Source: a virus
Virus record (IMG/VR): IMGVR_UViG_3300028840_006907
Location: 1 to 64,000 of that record
Direction: 5' to 3' (one strand)
DNA: 64,000 bases
The notes beneath the pieces are model-generated. The model did not search any database and was not told where the DNA came from. It was given only the letters and a program-made list of their open reading frames with translations. The position numbers and the translations under genes were made by a program. Shown here piece by piece: positions 18,540-27,491 of the stretch (position 1 is its first letter; each line of letters starts with the position of its first letter).

Positions 18540-19607
18540 TTATGGTTTAAATTCTTTATCTATGGCATATTTAATCAATCCAGAGAAATGTTCCAAAACA
18601 TCTGGATATTGAATTGAATTAAATATTTCATGGGATAAATTAGAATTATATTTTTGATTATCTACAGTAATATAAGGAGCGAAAGTTTTACCTACAGTTC
18701 TGTAATATAATTTTTCAAATTTATTTAAATTATTTGGAAATTTATCAACAAATTCAAATTCCTTTACATTTAGCATATTTAAAATAACGGAAAAGTATTC
18801 TTTATGTAATGGAGGATTTGGGTTTATTATATTAAGTTCTGTAAAATCTTCATTGATAGATTTACATATGATTTTAGCAACATAATCTACAGGAACAATA
18901 TTAAGAGTTTCATTTAAATTAATGTGGATTCTAATTGGCATATCCATTTTATATCTATAAAAAAAGTATGCCCAACCATAGAATACATCAAATTTTAAAG
19001 TAATATATAAAGGGAAATCAATTAAACGACCACAGATAACTGAAGGTCGTAATATCTGATAATGAATATTATATTTTTTACAATAACTTGATATATATGT
19101 TTCCATAGTTGATTTAGTTTCTTCATAGGGATTTCTATAAATATTTTTAATTCTATTTACAAATGCTGTACTTATATAAATAAATTTATAAAGTTTTTTA
19201 CTATCGATATTATTTATCAAATTTATAGTTCCCAAATTATTATTTAATAAAAGTTCTTGTTCTGTAGCTTTATCTGTCATTAAATTTGTTGAAGCGGCAC
19301 AATGTATTACTGTCAATTTCTTAGTATCAATATTAGAAATTATATGAAATAATTCTTTACAATTTAAATGACATGGGATAATTTGAAACCTTTCTTTAAG
19401 TATATTTATTGAATATTTCTTTATGAATTCTGGAATATTTTCTGGAGCAAAAATATTTATGCCTCTTTCTATAGGAGTCATATTATTAAAAGGTCTAATT
19501 AATAAAAAAAGTTTAGATGATGAATTATATCTAATAATTTTTTCAAGCAATTCAAAAAAGATATGACTACCTAATAGACCTGTAACGCCTGTAATTAAAT
19601 AATCCAT
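18540..19607 (-). CDS. NAD(P)-binding epimerase/thioester-reductase-like protein
   Basis: N-terminal ITGVTGLLGSH Rossmann motif, YISTAFV, YEETK (YxxxK). Confidence 0.55.
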   Translation of the reverse strand: MDYLITGVTGLLGSHIFFELLEKIIRYNSSSKLFLLIRPFNNMTPIERGINIFAPENIPEFIKKYSINILKERFQIIPCHLNCKELFHIISNIDTKKLTVIHCAASTNLMTDKATEQELLLNNNLGTINLINNIDSKKLYKFIYISTAFVNRIKNIYRNPYEETKSTMETYISSYCKKYNIHYQILRPSVICGRLIDFPLYITLKFDVFYGWAYFFYRYKMDMPIRIHINLNETLNIVPVDYVAKIICKSINEDFTELNIINPNPPLHKEYFSVILNMLNVKEFEFVDKFPNNLNKFEKLYYRTVGKTFAPYITVDNQKYNSNLSHEIFNSIQYPDVLEHFSGLIKYAIDKEFKP

Positions 19608-19651
19608 ATTGAATCCTTTTTAATGGTTATGTGCGATATTGATTTTTTTAT

Positions 19652-19999
19652 TTACGATTTTTCCATTTCTTTTTTCCAAGTATATGTGATATATGAATAA
19701 TCAATATCTTTAAGTAATTTGATTTTCTCTACAGCATTTTCAATATCTGGAATTGATCCTGTTATAAAAAATCTTTTTATTGAAATATTTTCCTCATCAC
19801 AATATCCTGGATTAGAAAAGATAAGGGATAATTTCTCGGTTTTAATTTCTGGTTCTTCTGAAGAATCTTTATTTATTGTATTAAAAATTTCTTCCTCAGA
19901 TAATGAGTTATTTTCGGATAATTCTGATTTTATAAATTGAATAAAACTCTCTGTATTTACATCAAATAATTTGAACATACATTCAGGTAAATTAGGCAA
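19652..19999 (-). CDS. hypothetical protein
   Basis: 115-aa ORF. Confidence 0.45.
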   Translation of the reverse strand: MPNLPECMFKLFDVNTESFIQFIKSELSENNSLSEEEIFNTINKDSSEEPEIKTEKLSLIFSNPGYCDEENISIKRFFITGSIPDIENAVEKIKLLKDIDYSYITYTWKKEMEKS

Positions 20000-20018
20000 A
20001 ATTTTTATCCTTTATTGA

Positions 20019-20222
20019 TTAATCTTCTACAGTGACAGTGGCTTCAGCTCCGCAGGTACAGCATGTCCAAGTGTTATCTGGATTAGGGAATGCAACGGTC
20101 TCAACTGATTCATCGACAACTTCAAGAAAATTACCTGTTTCATCTACTTTCCAGTCCTGGGAGACATGGGCAACAGTTTCAAATGTTTTATGATCCGGGT
20201 TATTGGGACATATAGCTTTCAT
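20019..20222 (-). CDS. hypothetical protein
   Basis: Start moved to internal ATG abutting upstream stop. Confidence 0.4.
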   Translation of the reverse strand: MKAICPNNPDHKTFETVAHVSQDWKVDETGNFLEVVDESVETVAFPNPDNTWTCCTCGAEATVTVED

Positions 20223-20223
20223 A

Positions 20224-20526
20224 TTAAAAATCCTCTCCGAAAATGTATTTGTGATCCCAAGTACTAAGAACGATACCTTTATAATGTGTTTCTTTTTTCT
20301 TGTAATCAACAAAATATTTTTCAATTAAATGTTTATCTGTAAAGTAAAATACTTGTTTAAAATTTTCAGATGCAATGGCAATCAATTGACCAATCTTATT
20401 GAAAACAAGAAGATCATTCTCGTTAAGTGGAAAGAGAATGATCTCATCGTAATCATTTAAACATTGCATATTCCGTACACCTGCTTTGCGTTCAGGAAAT
20501 ATTATTTCAGTTATTTTCTTTGTCAT
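20224..20526 (-). CDS. hypothetical protein
   Basis: 100-aa ORF. Confidence 0.45.
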   Translation of the reverse strand: MTKKITEIIFPERKAGVRNMQCLNDYDEIILFPLNENDLLVFNKIGQLIAIASENFKQVFYFTDKHLIEKYFVDYKKKETHYKGIVLSTWDHKYIFGEDF

Positions 20527-20529
20527 AAA

Positions 20530-20772
20530 TTACTCCCTTTTAAAAATATCAGCGACAAGCGTTCCACCGTGTTTAAGTATTTGAATTGCACTAACAATAA
20601 TAATTGTTAAGATGAGAGGTGCTCCGACCATTACAATCAGTGGACCTAGAATCTTAAAAGTTTTTAACATATACTCCGCATCTTCTGCGGGAGTCGTTGA
20701 CCAGGTTCTTGAAGCATATATCTGTGCTACAAAAGCGAGACATAAGATAAGTAAAAAGACTTTTTGTTTCAT
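20530..20772 (-). CDS. small secreted/membrane protein
   Basis: Signal-like N-terminus MKQKVFLLILCLAFVAQIYA plus second hydrophobic helix. Confidence 0.45.
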   Translation of the reverse strand: MKQKVFLLILCLAFVAQIYASRTWSTTPAEDAEYMLKTFKILGPLIVMVGAPLILTIIIVSAIQILKHGGTLVADIFKRE

Positions 20773-20851
20773 GATTTTTTCTCCTATCTACTTGGAAATA
20801 TTGTACTTGACTTTAATTATACCATAAATTTATATTATTTTTCTCAATTTA

Positions 20852-20897
20852 AATGGGGTGGCTCCCATCATCTCATTTCTCCCCGGCTTTTCCGGGG
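20852..20897. other. GC-rich structured element: ATGGGGTGG box plus CCCCGG-N5-CCGGGG hairpin (copy 1)
   Basis: atggggtgg...ccccggcttttccgggg in intergenic gap; second copy at 45640-45669. Confidence 0.4.
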
Positions 20898-20973
20898 TTG
20901 TCCCACCACAATTATATATTTATTTCTTCAATTTTCCTTGGCAACACCGGGGTTCCCATCATAATCATACACA

Positions 20974-21882
20974 TCAATACTTCGACTGATTACATCCATG
21001 ATTAAATTTGTATTCATTTAATTCATCATTGGACATATGTCCATGTTTCTTGATCGTTTCTTCTAAAATCTGAGGTAATAACTTTTCACCCCAAACTCCC
21101 ATGTTCGGGACAATCTCTCCTCTTGAATTTTTGGATTTGGTAGGGTCTCCTTCAAGAGCATTGGCTCTGATTTTATTTCGTTCCAGTAGCTCCCATTCCT
21201 CATAGTCCTCACGATAAAATCTGTACAACCATAAAAGTTCGATCTCACTCATGAAAGGACATAATAAACAGTTCGATGGATAAGGCACATGCAAGCCCGT
21301 AGAGGCCATGTAATCCTGGCAATCCTTTCTATCCATTCCCATCTCTATGAGTGGATAGATAACCTCTATGGCTTTCTCCTGCCATTTTGGGCGCTCACCC
21401 TTGTTAACACGTTTTTCTTCTCCTTTGGCAATACCGATAAGCATATTGATTTTATCATATGTTTCAGCAAATTGTTTCAATCCTTTCTTTCTTCCTGATT
21501 TAAATCCATATTCTTTTTGAATCCAGTATTCGAGATATTTATATATAGGTCTCAATTTAAGTCTTTCGGTACAAGTTTTGGGAAAACATTTGCTTCCAAT
21601 TCTATTTTTTGTTTTATAGAAAAATCTTAATGTTTGCCAGTCGGGAGAGTGGAATCCCATGTCGTTTGTAAGATGAACAAATTCTACTACATTTTGAGAA
21701 CAGAATTCCTTTATAAATTGTATATGTTTATAGGTATGGGGATGCTCATCACCAGTATCGGCCATGATCACCAAAAGCCGTCCTGGTGCATATTTTTTTC
21801 TGAAATTGTTATCGAGGGCGTACTTGTAAAGTAAAGTGGTGCTGTCTTGTCCGCCCCCGTAACTTAAGACCGTAAGTTCCAT
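20974..21882 (-). CDS. PAPS-reductase/ATP-sulfurylase-like (adenine-nucleotide alpha-hydrolase) protein
   Basis: N-terminal LSYGGGQDSTTLL PP-loop variant of SGGxDS. Confidence 0.65.
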   Translation of the reverse strand: MELTVLSYGGGQDSTTLLYKYALDNNFRKKYAPGRLLVIMADTGDEHPHTYKHIQFIKEFCSQNVVEFVHLTNDMGFHSPDWQTLRFFYKTKNRIGSKCFPKTCTERLKLRPIYKYLEYWIQKEYGFKSGRKKGLKQFAETYDKINMLIGIAKGEEKRVNKGERPKWQEKAIEVIYPLIEMGMDRKDCQDYMASTGLHVPYPSNCLLCPFMSEIELLWLYRFYREDYEEWELLERNKIRANALEGDPTKSKNSRGEIVPNMGVWGEKLLPQILEETIKKHGHMSNDELNEYKFNHGCNQSKY

Positions 21883-22707
21883 CTATTTATTTTTCTCCTG
21901 GTTTGAAGTATCTTTTTTATAAAGGATAAGATCCTTTATTTCATGAGGATTATAATAGAATTGTGTACTCGGATTTTCTTGAGCCATTGAAGTAATTGTT
22001 TTCAGTAATTCTTTTATTAATTGATTTTCTATAGTTTTATATTTTTGAGATGGTAATGGCTCTCCTTTCTTTATAAATAAATTTCTTCCTTTGCATAGTA
22101 AAAGTACTCTACCTCTATTAATCAAATAAGAAGCTTTTTGTTTTGTTATCCCAACGGATTTAGCCCATTCATCAATAGACTGATAACCTGATGGTGGTTT
22201 AATATCTTTCAGTTTTGGTTGAAGAAGAGAAAGGTTTGAAAAGAATTGTTTATCTTTATGTCTATTTATTCGATTACCTTTACAATGTCTACAAGGTTTT
22301 TTACATAAACCTATAAAATGTATTCGTAGATTTCCACAATTTTTACAAAATCCAAGTCTAGGTTTATTTAAAAATAATGTTTTTAGACGCTCGGGATTAT
22401 GATAAATCTGTCTATATTCTTTTCTCTCATTAATTGTTTTGTCTTTGTCATAAGGTCTTGTAGGGATACCTGTATAATATAAATCTATAGCCTCTTTATT
22501 ATATTCTAAAAAAGATACCCAGGCTTTTTCAACTAATAATTCTGGGTCTTTTTTAGCAAGACTTACATGTATATCTTCAAAAAATATGTTATAATTTGAG
22601 AGTGTTTTAAATCCTTCATAAAGCTGTTCCATATCCCATACATGAAAGATATACCTATTAGCATGAAAGCAATTGAAGGCATCTAAAATTTCATCATAAT
22701 CCATCAT
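21883..22707 (-). CDS. zinc-finger protein with HTH-like segment
   Basis: CKNCGN...CKKPCRHCKG cluster; abuts PAPS-reductase-like gene. Confidence 0.5.
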   Translation of the reverse strand: MMDYDEILDAFNCFHANRYIFHVWDMEQLYEGFKTLSNYNIFFEDIHVSLAKKDPELLVEKAWVSFLEYNKEAIDLYYTGIPTRPYDKDKTINERKEYRQIYHNPERLKTLFLNKPRLGFCKNCGNLRIHFIGLCKKPCRHCKGNRINRHKDKQFFSNLSLLQPKLKDIKPPSGYQSIDEWAKSVGITKQKASYLINRGRVLLLCKGRNLFIKKGEPLPSQKYKTIENQLIKELLKTITSMAQENPSTQFYYNPHEIKDLILYKKDTSNQEKNK

Positions 22708-23279
22708 TTCTCCAATTGTACCAAAATTCTCACCAAGTCACTTTTAGTGAAAGTGACATTACCTACTATAAGTTTTCCCCTTTTTATTTGATAAGGGAGA
22801 GAAATATCTGCTGATTCTTTTTGTGAAGTTTCAATAGCTTTGGTAGTTTTAAGGGATTCAATATAAGCTCTTTGTTCTGATCGATTACGAATATGGTCAG
22901 AAGCAAAAACTTGTTTTACTTGATCTGGTTGAAGATTATGTATACTTACTTTCAACACATCATTATTTGGTAATAAAACATCTAGAGGTTCTTCTACATA
23001 TTTAGATTGTTCTGCAAAAGAACATTTTCCAAGTTTCTTTGCCCCTGTTGTAAGATTAGTGAGGAGTTTTACATGAAGAGAACCTCTTCCTACAGATTCA
23101 AACCTGCGCCATGCAGTAGAGGAAATATCAGGATAGGCTTCTTGAAAATCGTATATTGCATCTGGATTGTCATCTATTGTTTTAACATATAGCTTACATG
23201 CTTTTAAAAGATATCCAATACCTTTTGTAAATAACTCTCCAAATTTATTAATTGCTGTTTCTTGAATATTATTTTTCAT
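22704..23279 (-). CDS. hypothetical protein
   Basis: 191-aa ORF, 4-nt overlap with downstream gene. Confidence 0.5.
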   Translation of the reverse strand: MKNNIQETAINKFGELFTKGIGYLLKACKLYVKTIDDNPDAIYDFQEAYPDISSTAWRRFESVGRGSLHVKLLTNLTTGAKKLGKCSFAEQSKYVEEPLDVLLPNNDVLKVSIHNLQPDQVKQVFASDHIRNRSEQRAYIESLKTTKAIETSQKESADISLPYQIKRGKLIVGNVTFTKSDLVRILVQLEK

Positions 23280-23499
23280 TTATTGTACCTTCTAAAGAAA
23301 TATGTGAATTGAATCCTTTAGAGAAATATTGTGCTGGGTTAAATTTAAAAATTGCTATTCCTCCTATTGCCACAAGAAAAATAAAGAGAATGATTCTCCC
23401 GATCTTTCTTGGCAATTCTTTTCTTCGACGTTTAGCCATAAAATCTTTTTCATTTATTTTCATTATTATCCTCATTATTATCCTCATTATTATCCTCAT
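23269..23499 (-). CDS. small membrane protein with N-terminal (MRII)n repeat
   Basis: 12-nt tandem repeat encodes MRIIMRIIMRIIM; then basic stretch and TM helix; start set to first ATG. Confidence 0.35.
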   Translation of the reverse strand: MRIIMRIIMRIIMKINEKDFMAKRRRKELPRKIGRIILFIFLVAIGGIAIFKFNPAQYFSKGFNSHISLEGTINEK

Positions 23500-23508
23500 T
23501 ATTATTAA
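23461..23508. repeat. 12-bp tandem repeat, about 4 copies
   Basis: cattattatcct x3 plus one degenerate copy. Confidence 0.9.
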
Positions 23509-23708
23509 TCGCACTTTACATGGTAATTTAAGAATGATGCTTCATCCCATTTTTTTCCATTGTCTAATACAACTATATCACCTTCCCGTTCAATGACGGG
23601 AGGTTCAATAGCAACGACAACAACAATATCATTGTCTAATGTGCTTCGATATTTTATTCCAATTTCAATCATATCCTTCCTCCTGGTTAAATGGCATACT
23701 CCATCCAT
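23505..23708 (-). CDS. hypothetical protein
   Basis: 67-aa ORF. Confidence 0.35.
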   Translation of the reverse strand: MDGVCHLTRRKDMIEIGIKYRSTLDNDIVVVVAIEPPVIEREGDIVVLDNGKKWDEASFLNYHVKCD

Positions 23709-23887
23709 TTTAATTGTGCCCTTTCCATAAAGGAAAATTTATTATCGATCATCCAGGTTTCTAATTCATTTTTATTCTTGAAGTATCCGGCTTTTACTTT
23801 CCTGGTTAATAAGAGCATCAATTTAAATTTATTCATAGCTTCTGTTTCCATTATATCTTGGTTCTTTAATCTCAGGTATTGAGGCAT
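23687..23887 (-). CDS. hypothetical protein
   Basis: Start set to ATG at 23885-23887, preceded by AGGAGGA. Confidence 0.4.
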   Translation of the reverse strand: MPQYLRLKNQDIMETEAMNKFKLMLLLTRKVKAGYFKNKNELETWMIDNKFSFMERAQLKWMEYAI

Positions 23888-23903
23888 TATATCCTCCTTA
23901 ATT

Positions 23904-23918
23904 ATTATAAGAGATCTC
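23904..23918 (-). promoter_or_regulatory. GAGATCTC palindrome fused to TATAAT box
   Basis: Minus strand reads GAGATCTCTTATAAT, then AGGAGGA and ATG. Confidence 0.4.
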
Positions 23919-24247
23919 AGATAAAGATTCAATATGAATCTTTTAGAATACATTTAATTATATGATTTTTACATACATACGAAAGGCGTAATGGCAAATG
24001 CTATAAGAAAAATAGCAAGAAGAATGAGGCAGATATCGGGTGATTTCATAACATTTTACTCCTTTAAAAGATAGAACTTTGAATTTTTTGGGGTTTCATT
24101 ATCAAAGAAAGCTATTGCTATAATATCTCCTTTGACAAAGAATTGAGTTGCATTCCTAATATTATTAATATTGAATGTCTTATCTTTCATAAATTCTTGA
24201 AATTCAATCTCGGTCACAAGGGAAAGCTCATTCATATCTAATACCTT

Positions 24248-24628
24248 TTATTGGTGAAATTCATCAAATAATTCTTTGGCTTCTCCTCCTATTACAACTT
24301 CATTCTCAAGATTAGCGATCCTGGCAGTCCCTTCGAAGTCACCAGTAGATTTAGTATTGAATTTCTGGATCTCTTCGTCATCGGCACTATCGACATCTTT
24401 ATCGATGATCAATACTTCAGAATCATCTTCAGTAAAAATTTGTTCAACCAAACCACCATCAAGAATGATGACAATTTGTCTCTTTCTTTTTAATTCAGAT
24501 AGGATATTTTCAATTGCTCGAAGATGATACATGTGATGATCATTGAGCATGCATTCATCACAATCAGCCATTTCATCTAAAATATTTTGAATTTGTTTTA
24601 ATAAAGGATTCATTTTATTCCTCATCAA
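24248..24628 (-). CDS. hypothetical protein
   Basis: 126-aa ORF. Confidence 0.5.
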   Translation of the reverse strand: MMRNKMNPLLKQIQNILDEMADCDECMLNDHHMYHLRAIENILSELKRKRQIVIILDGGLVEQIFTEDDSEVLIIDKDVDSADDEEIQKFNTKSTGDFEGTARIANLENEVVIGGEAKELFDEFHQ

Positions 24629-24827
24629 TTGTTAAGGTTTTAGGATCTTCTTTATCATTCCATACATGGACTAAAACTTTTCCTTGAATATGCTCAATAA
24701 AGATCTGTCCATTACCGTCAGCATCGGTAGGGTTTCCTTTACATCCGGGGATGTTAATCTCAAGACCACCATTGCCCTTATCATTATTCAGATTATTTTT
24801 ATGTATTGTCAGTTTCATTTCACTCAT
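24615..24827 (-). CDS. hypothetical protein
   Basis: 70-aa ORF. Confidence 0.4.
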   Translation of the reverse strand: MSEMKLTIHKNNLNNDKGNGGLEINIPGCKGNPTDADGNGQIFIEHIQGKVLVHVWNDKEDPKTLTIDEE

Positions 24828-24999
24828 AACTATTCCTTATCCGTTAAGGTTTTCTTTTCTTTCTCCGAACGTTTCTTCTCAATCATTTCTTTTATCTTTG
24901 ATTTGGGAACCTGTGATAACAATCTCCTTGCTTCTGAAAAAGAGACACATACTCCTTCATCAACTAAAGTTTTTGCATCCATTTATTGCTCCTTGGTAT

Positions 25000-25269
25000 T
25001 TATATTCCCACTTTATTAAGAACAGCTTTTTCCTCTTCAGTGATCTCTATCCAATTGATCTTTTTGATACCAACTTCACCAGCACAATAGAGATAACTGG
25101 AAGCTTTTTCCATATCATCCTCATCCACGTCATCATAAAAAGTGATGAAATTATCATGAACAATATCTTCATCAGCATCATTTTGATTTCCAGTAAGGAT
25201 AGTGGTTCCATTAAATTCATACTCACCACATCGGACAGTATAACGCACTGCTAAATTTTTATTACTCAT
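25000..25269 (-). CDS. hypothetical protein
   Basis: 89-aa ORF. Confidence 0.45.
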   Translation of the reverse strand: MSNKNLAVRYTVRCGEYEFNGTTILTGNQNDADEDIVHDNFITFYDDVDEDDMEKASSYLYCAGEVGIKKINWIEITEEEKAVLNKVGI

Positions 25270-25283
25270 AGTTATATTTCCTT

Positions 25284-25595
25284 TTAATTAAGTTTTACCC
25301 AACCATCATTATCGCAATAATAAGTACCGCTTTCATTAGCAACGATGTCACCTACACTCATTGAAGTATGGTGTAAATCTTTATTCTCTTTAACAAGTGC
25401 ACCTATTTCATTATTATCCTGATATTTTATAAAGATTTTTTCCAGGTCATTCTCAGGTTCTTCGGTTAAGAGAACATGTGTCTCAGAGAAGTCCAAGGTT
25501 TCAAGTTTTAACATCAATTCAGGTAAATTTTTCTCTATGAACCTCCAGCCCATACCTAGATCTCTTAAATTTTTTGCATAATATATCTTTGCCAT
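25284..25595 (-). CDS. hypothetical protein
   Basis: 103-aa ORF. Confidence 0.5.
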   Translation of the reverse strand: MAKIYYAKNLRDLGMGWRFIEKNLPELMLKLETLDFSETHVLLTEEPENDLEKIFIKYQDNNEIGALVKENKDLHHTSMSVGDIVANESGTYYCDNDGWVKLN

Positions 25596-25604
25596 AACTA
25601 TATC

Positions 25605-25943
25605 TTATTTTTTTTTCTTTTCTTTTTTAAAAACTTTTTTTATAGCATCTTCCCATTGTTCCCAAGTTTCACATTTAAAATCTTCAAGATAGAGAATTAC
25701 TCTTTCACCACAATGAGGGCAGAAAAGTAAATCCAATGCTTCTCTTGGAGAACTATCTACATGAATTTTAATAGGCCAATCTCCTCCATGATCTTCTATA
25801 TTTGTTCCAACATAATGGAGAAAATATTTGGCAAAAATATGGAAAGCCATATCGGGACAACAGCATTCAAAAGATTTTATATAAAAAGCATCTACATAAT
25901 TTAATAATTTTTCTTTTGGATATTTATTATATCTGAAAATCAT
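25605..25943 (-). CDS. hypothetical Cys-containing protein
   Basis: 112 aa with CCCP and CPHCG motifs, K-rich tail. Confidence 0.5.
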   Translation of the reverse strand: MIFRYNKYPKEKLLNYVDAFYIKSFECCCPDMAFHIFAKYFLHYVGTNIEDHGGDWPIKIHVDSSPREALDLLFCPHCGERVILYLEDFKCETWEQWEDAIKKVFKKEKKKK

Positions 25944-25955
25944 CAGAACCTCCTC

Positions 25956-26261
25956 CTACCAATCAAATTTTTCAAGTTCATTATAGATTTGACCATCACG
26001 ATCCAATTTTAAATATTGGCATCCCTGATCCTTGGCCAATTGGATTAGATTCCAAACAGCATCGGAATAGAATTCATTTTTAATGGGATTATTAGAGACA
26101 CAGATATAATATCCGTAATTGAATTTATCGACAATTAATTTAGCTTTATCTGGAAAGATAGCATCATATTCCAAATGCTTATTATCTTTCAAAGTTATAT
26201 GTGCTGTAGAAATTACAAGTATTTTTTGAATTTCGAATTTTGTCAGTGTATTTATAGACAT
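25956..26261 (-). CDS. hypothetical protein
   Basis: 101-aa ORF. Confidence 0.5.
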   Translation of the reverse strand: MSINTLTKFEIQKILVISTAHITLKDNKHLEYDAIFPDKAKLIVDKFNYGYYICVSNNPIKNEFYSDAVWNLIQLAKDQGCQYLKLDRDGQIYNELEKFDW

Positions 26262-26262
26262 T

Positions 26263-26520
26263 TTATACCTCCGTTAATTGTTCAGCTTCAAACCAAAACT
26301 GTTTGGGCATGCTAGTATCCAGTTCCCGATTACTATGAGCAGAAAGATCAACACAGTATTCAGTAGTTTCACCAACTTTAACTGGATTCCAATTTGATTC
26401 ATAAGTTCTTTTTGTAATAATTTTTTTTCGTGTCTTAACGACAAAACCACTGAGACCATGTAGATATTCACAAATCGTTCCCAGTGGTTTTATCTTCACA
26501 CATGATTTTTTCTGTATCAT
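26263..26520 (-). CDS. hypothetical protein
   Basis: 85-aa ORF, 2-nt gap to next gene. Confidence 0.45.
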   Translation of the reverse strand: MIQKKSCVKIKPLGTICEYLHGLSGFVVKTRKKIITKRTYESNWNPVKVGETTEYCVDLSAHSNRELDTSMPKQFWFEAEQLTEV

Positions 26521-26576
26521 ATAATATACTCAATTTTCTCCTATAAGTTTAATATAAATACTTTGAATCATTGAAC

Positions 26577-26768
26577 TTAGTCTTCTATGATACCCGCTAA
26601 TTTGTATAGATCTTTCCATATTTCACGACAACTATTACAGGTTATTTCAACGATAATCTCAGCGCCATCAGCTTGTGGCTCTCCAGCATCCAATTCATCG
26701 GAGTTACAATGCGGACATCGTACTCCTTGGTTCTCGACATATTGTTTTTCTTGTTTAGAATTAATCAT
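26577..26768 (-). CDS. small zinc-ribbon protein
   Basis: CPHCNS...CNSC motif pair. Confidence 0.5.
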   Translation of the reverse strand: MINSKQEKQYVENQGVRCPHCNSDELDAGEPQADGAEIIVEITCNSCREIWKDLYKLAGIIED

Positions 26769-26771
26769 AAA

Positions 26772-27197
26772 TTATTTCTCCTGTGATTTTTCTTTTACCC
26801 ATGTCTCATAGCCAAATAGAGTACCGCCTTTGACTACTTCATTTACCCAAGCCTCCTCAGTATATTTTGCCTTTAATGCTATCATTTCATAATCAGGAGG
26901 CTTAATCTTTTCAAGATTGATAATGAAATCTTCTTGACCTAAATAATTATATCCTTTGGGGATATCAACATAAGCACCTTTCTTATCATACTCAACAGGT
27001 AAATATTTAGTCTCATGATATTCTTCACTGATATAATAAGGCACCATTAAATCAGTATCATGGATTTGAAAAGTATTACCTGTAATATAAGTAGCAGTTT
27101 CCCGAAGAGTCTCTTCACTGGTCTGTACTTCATCTCCGGCTTGCAGGTAGAGTCGGGTAATTCTTTTACCTTTATGTTTGATGACTTTTTTAATCAT
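26772..27197 (-). CDS. hypothetical protein
   Basis: 141-aa ORF. Confidence 0.5.
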   Translation of the reverse strand: MIKKVIKHKGKRITRLYLQAGDEVQTSEETLRETATYITGNTFQIHDTDLMVPYYISEEYHETKYLPVEYDKKGAYVDIPKGYNYLGQEDFIINLEKIKPPDYEMIALKAKYTEEAWVNEVVKGGTLFGYETWVKEKSQEK

Positions 27198-27481
27198 TAT
27201 TCAGTTTCCTCTAAGGTTTTAACAGCATTATGATAAATTGAGGCTAGTTCAGGGTAATTCAAAAGATTCTCATCAATTTCATCCCCATTACCAGTTCCGA
27301 AATCTTTTTTGATTGTTTCTATAAGCGATACCAAGACAGAATTTATCTTATCAAATTTAGTTGAAAGAAGTTTTAATAGTTGGGTTTGTGTTTCATCTTC
27401 ATTAGATAAATCTGATAAAGCATCGATCAATCCACTTATGTTATTCGTATAACCATTTTCATTTAATATATTTTTAATCAT
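27197..27481 (-). CDS. hypothetical protein
   Basis: 94-aa ORF, 1-nt overlap coupling. Confidence 0.45.
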   Translation of the reverse strand: MIKNILNENGYTNNISGLIDALSDLSNEDETQTQLLKLLSTKFDKINSVLVSLIETIKKDFGTGNGDEIDENLLNYPELASIYHNAVKTLEETE

Positions 27482-27491
27482 TTCAGTCTCC

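Noticed and set aside
24684-25254. Plus-strand ORFs 24684-25019 and 24751-25254 (111 and 167 aa)
   Set aside because: Antisense to several co-oriented, translationally coupled leftward genes; hydrophobic low-complexity sequence.
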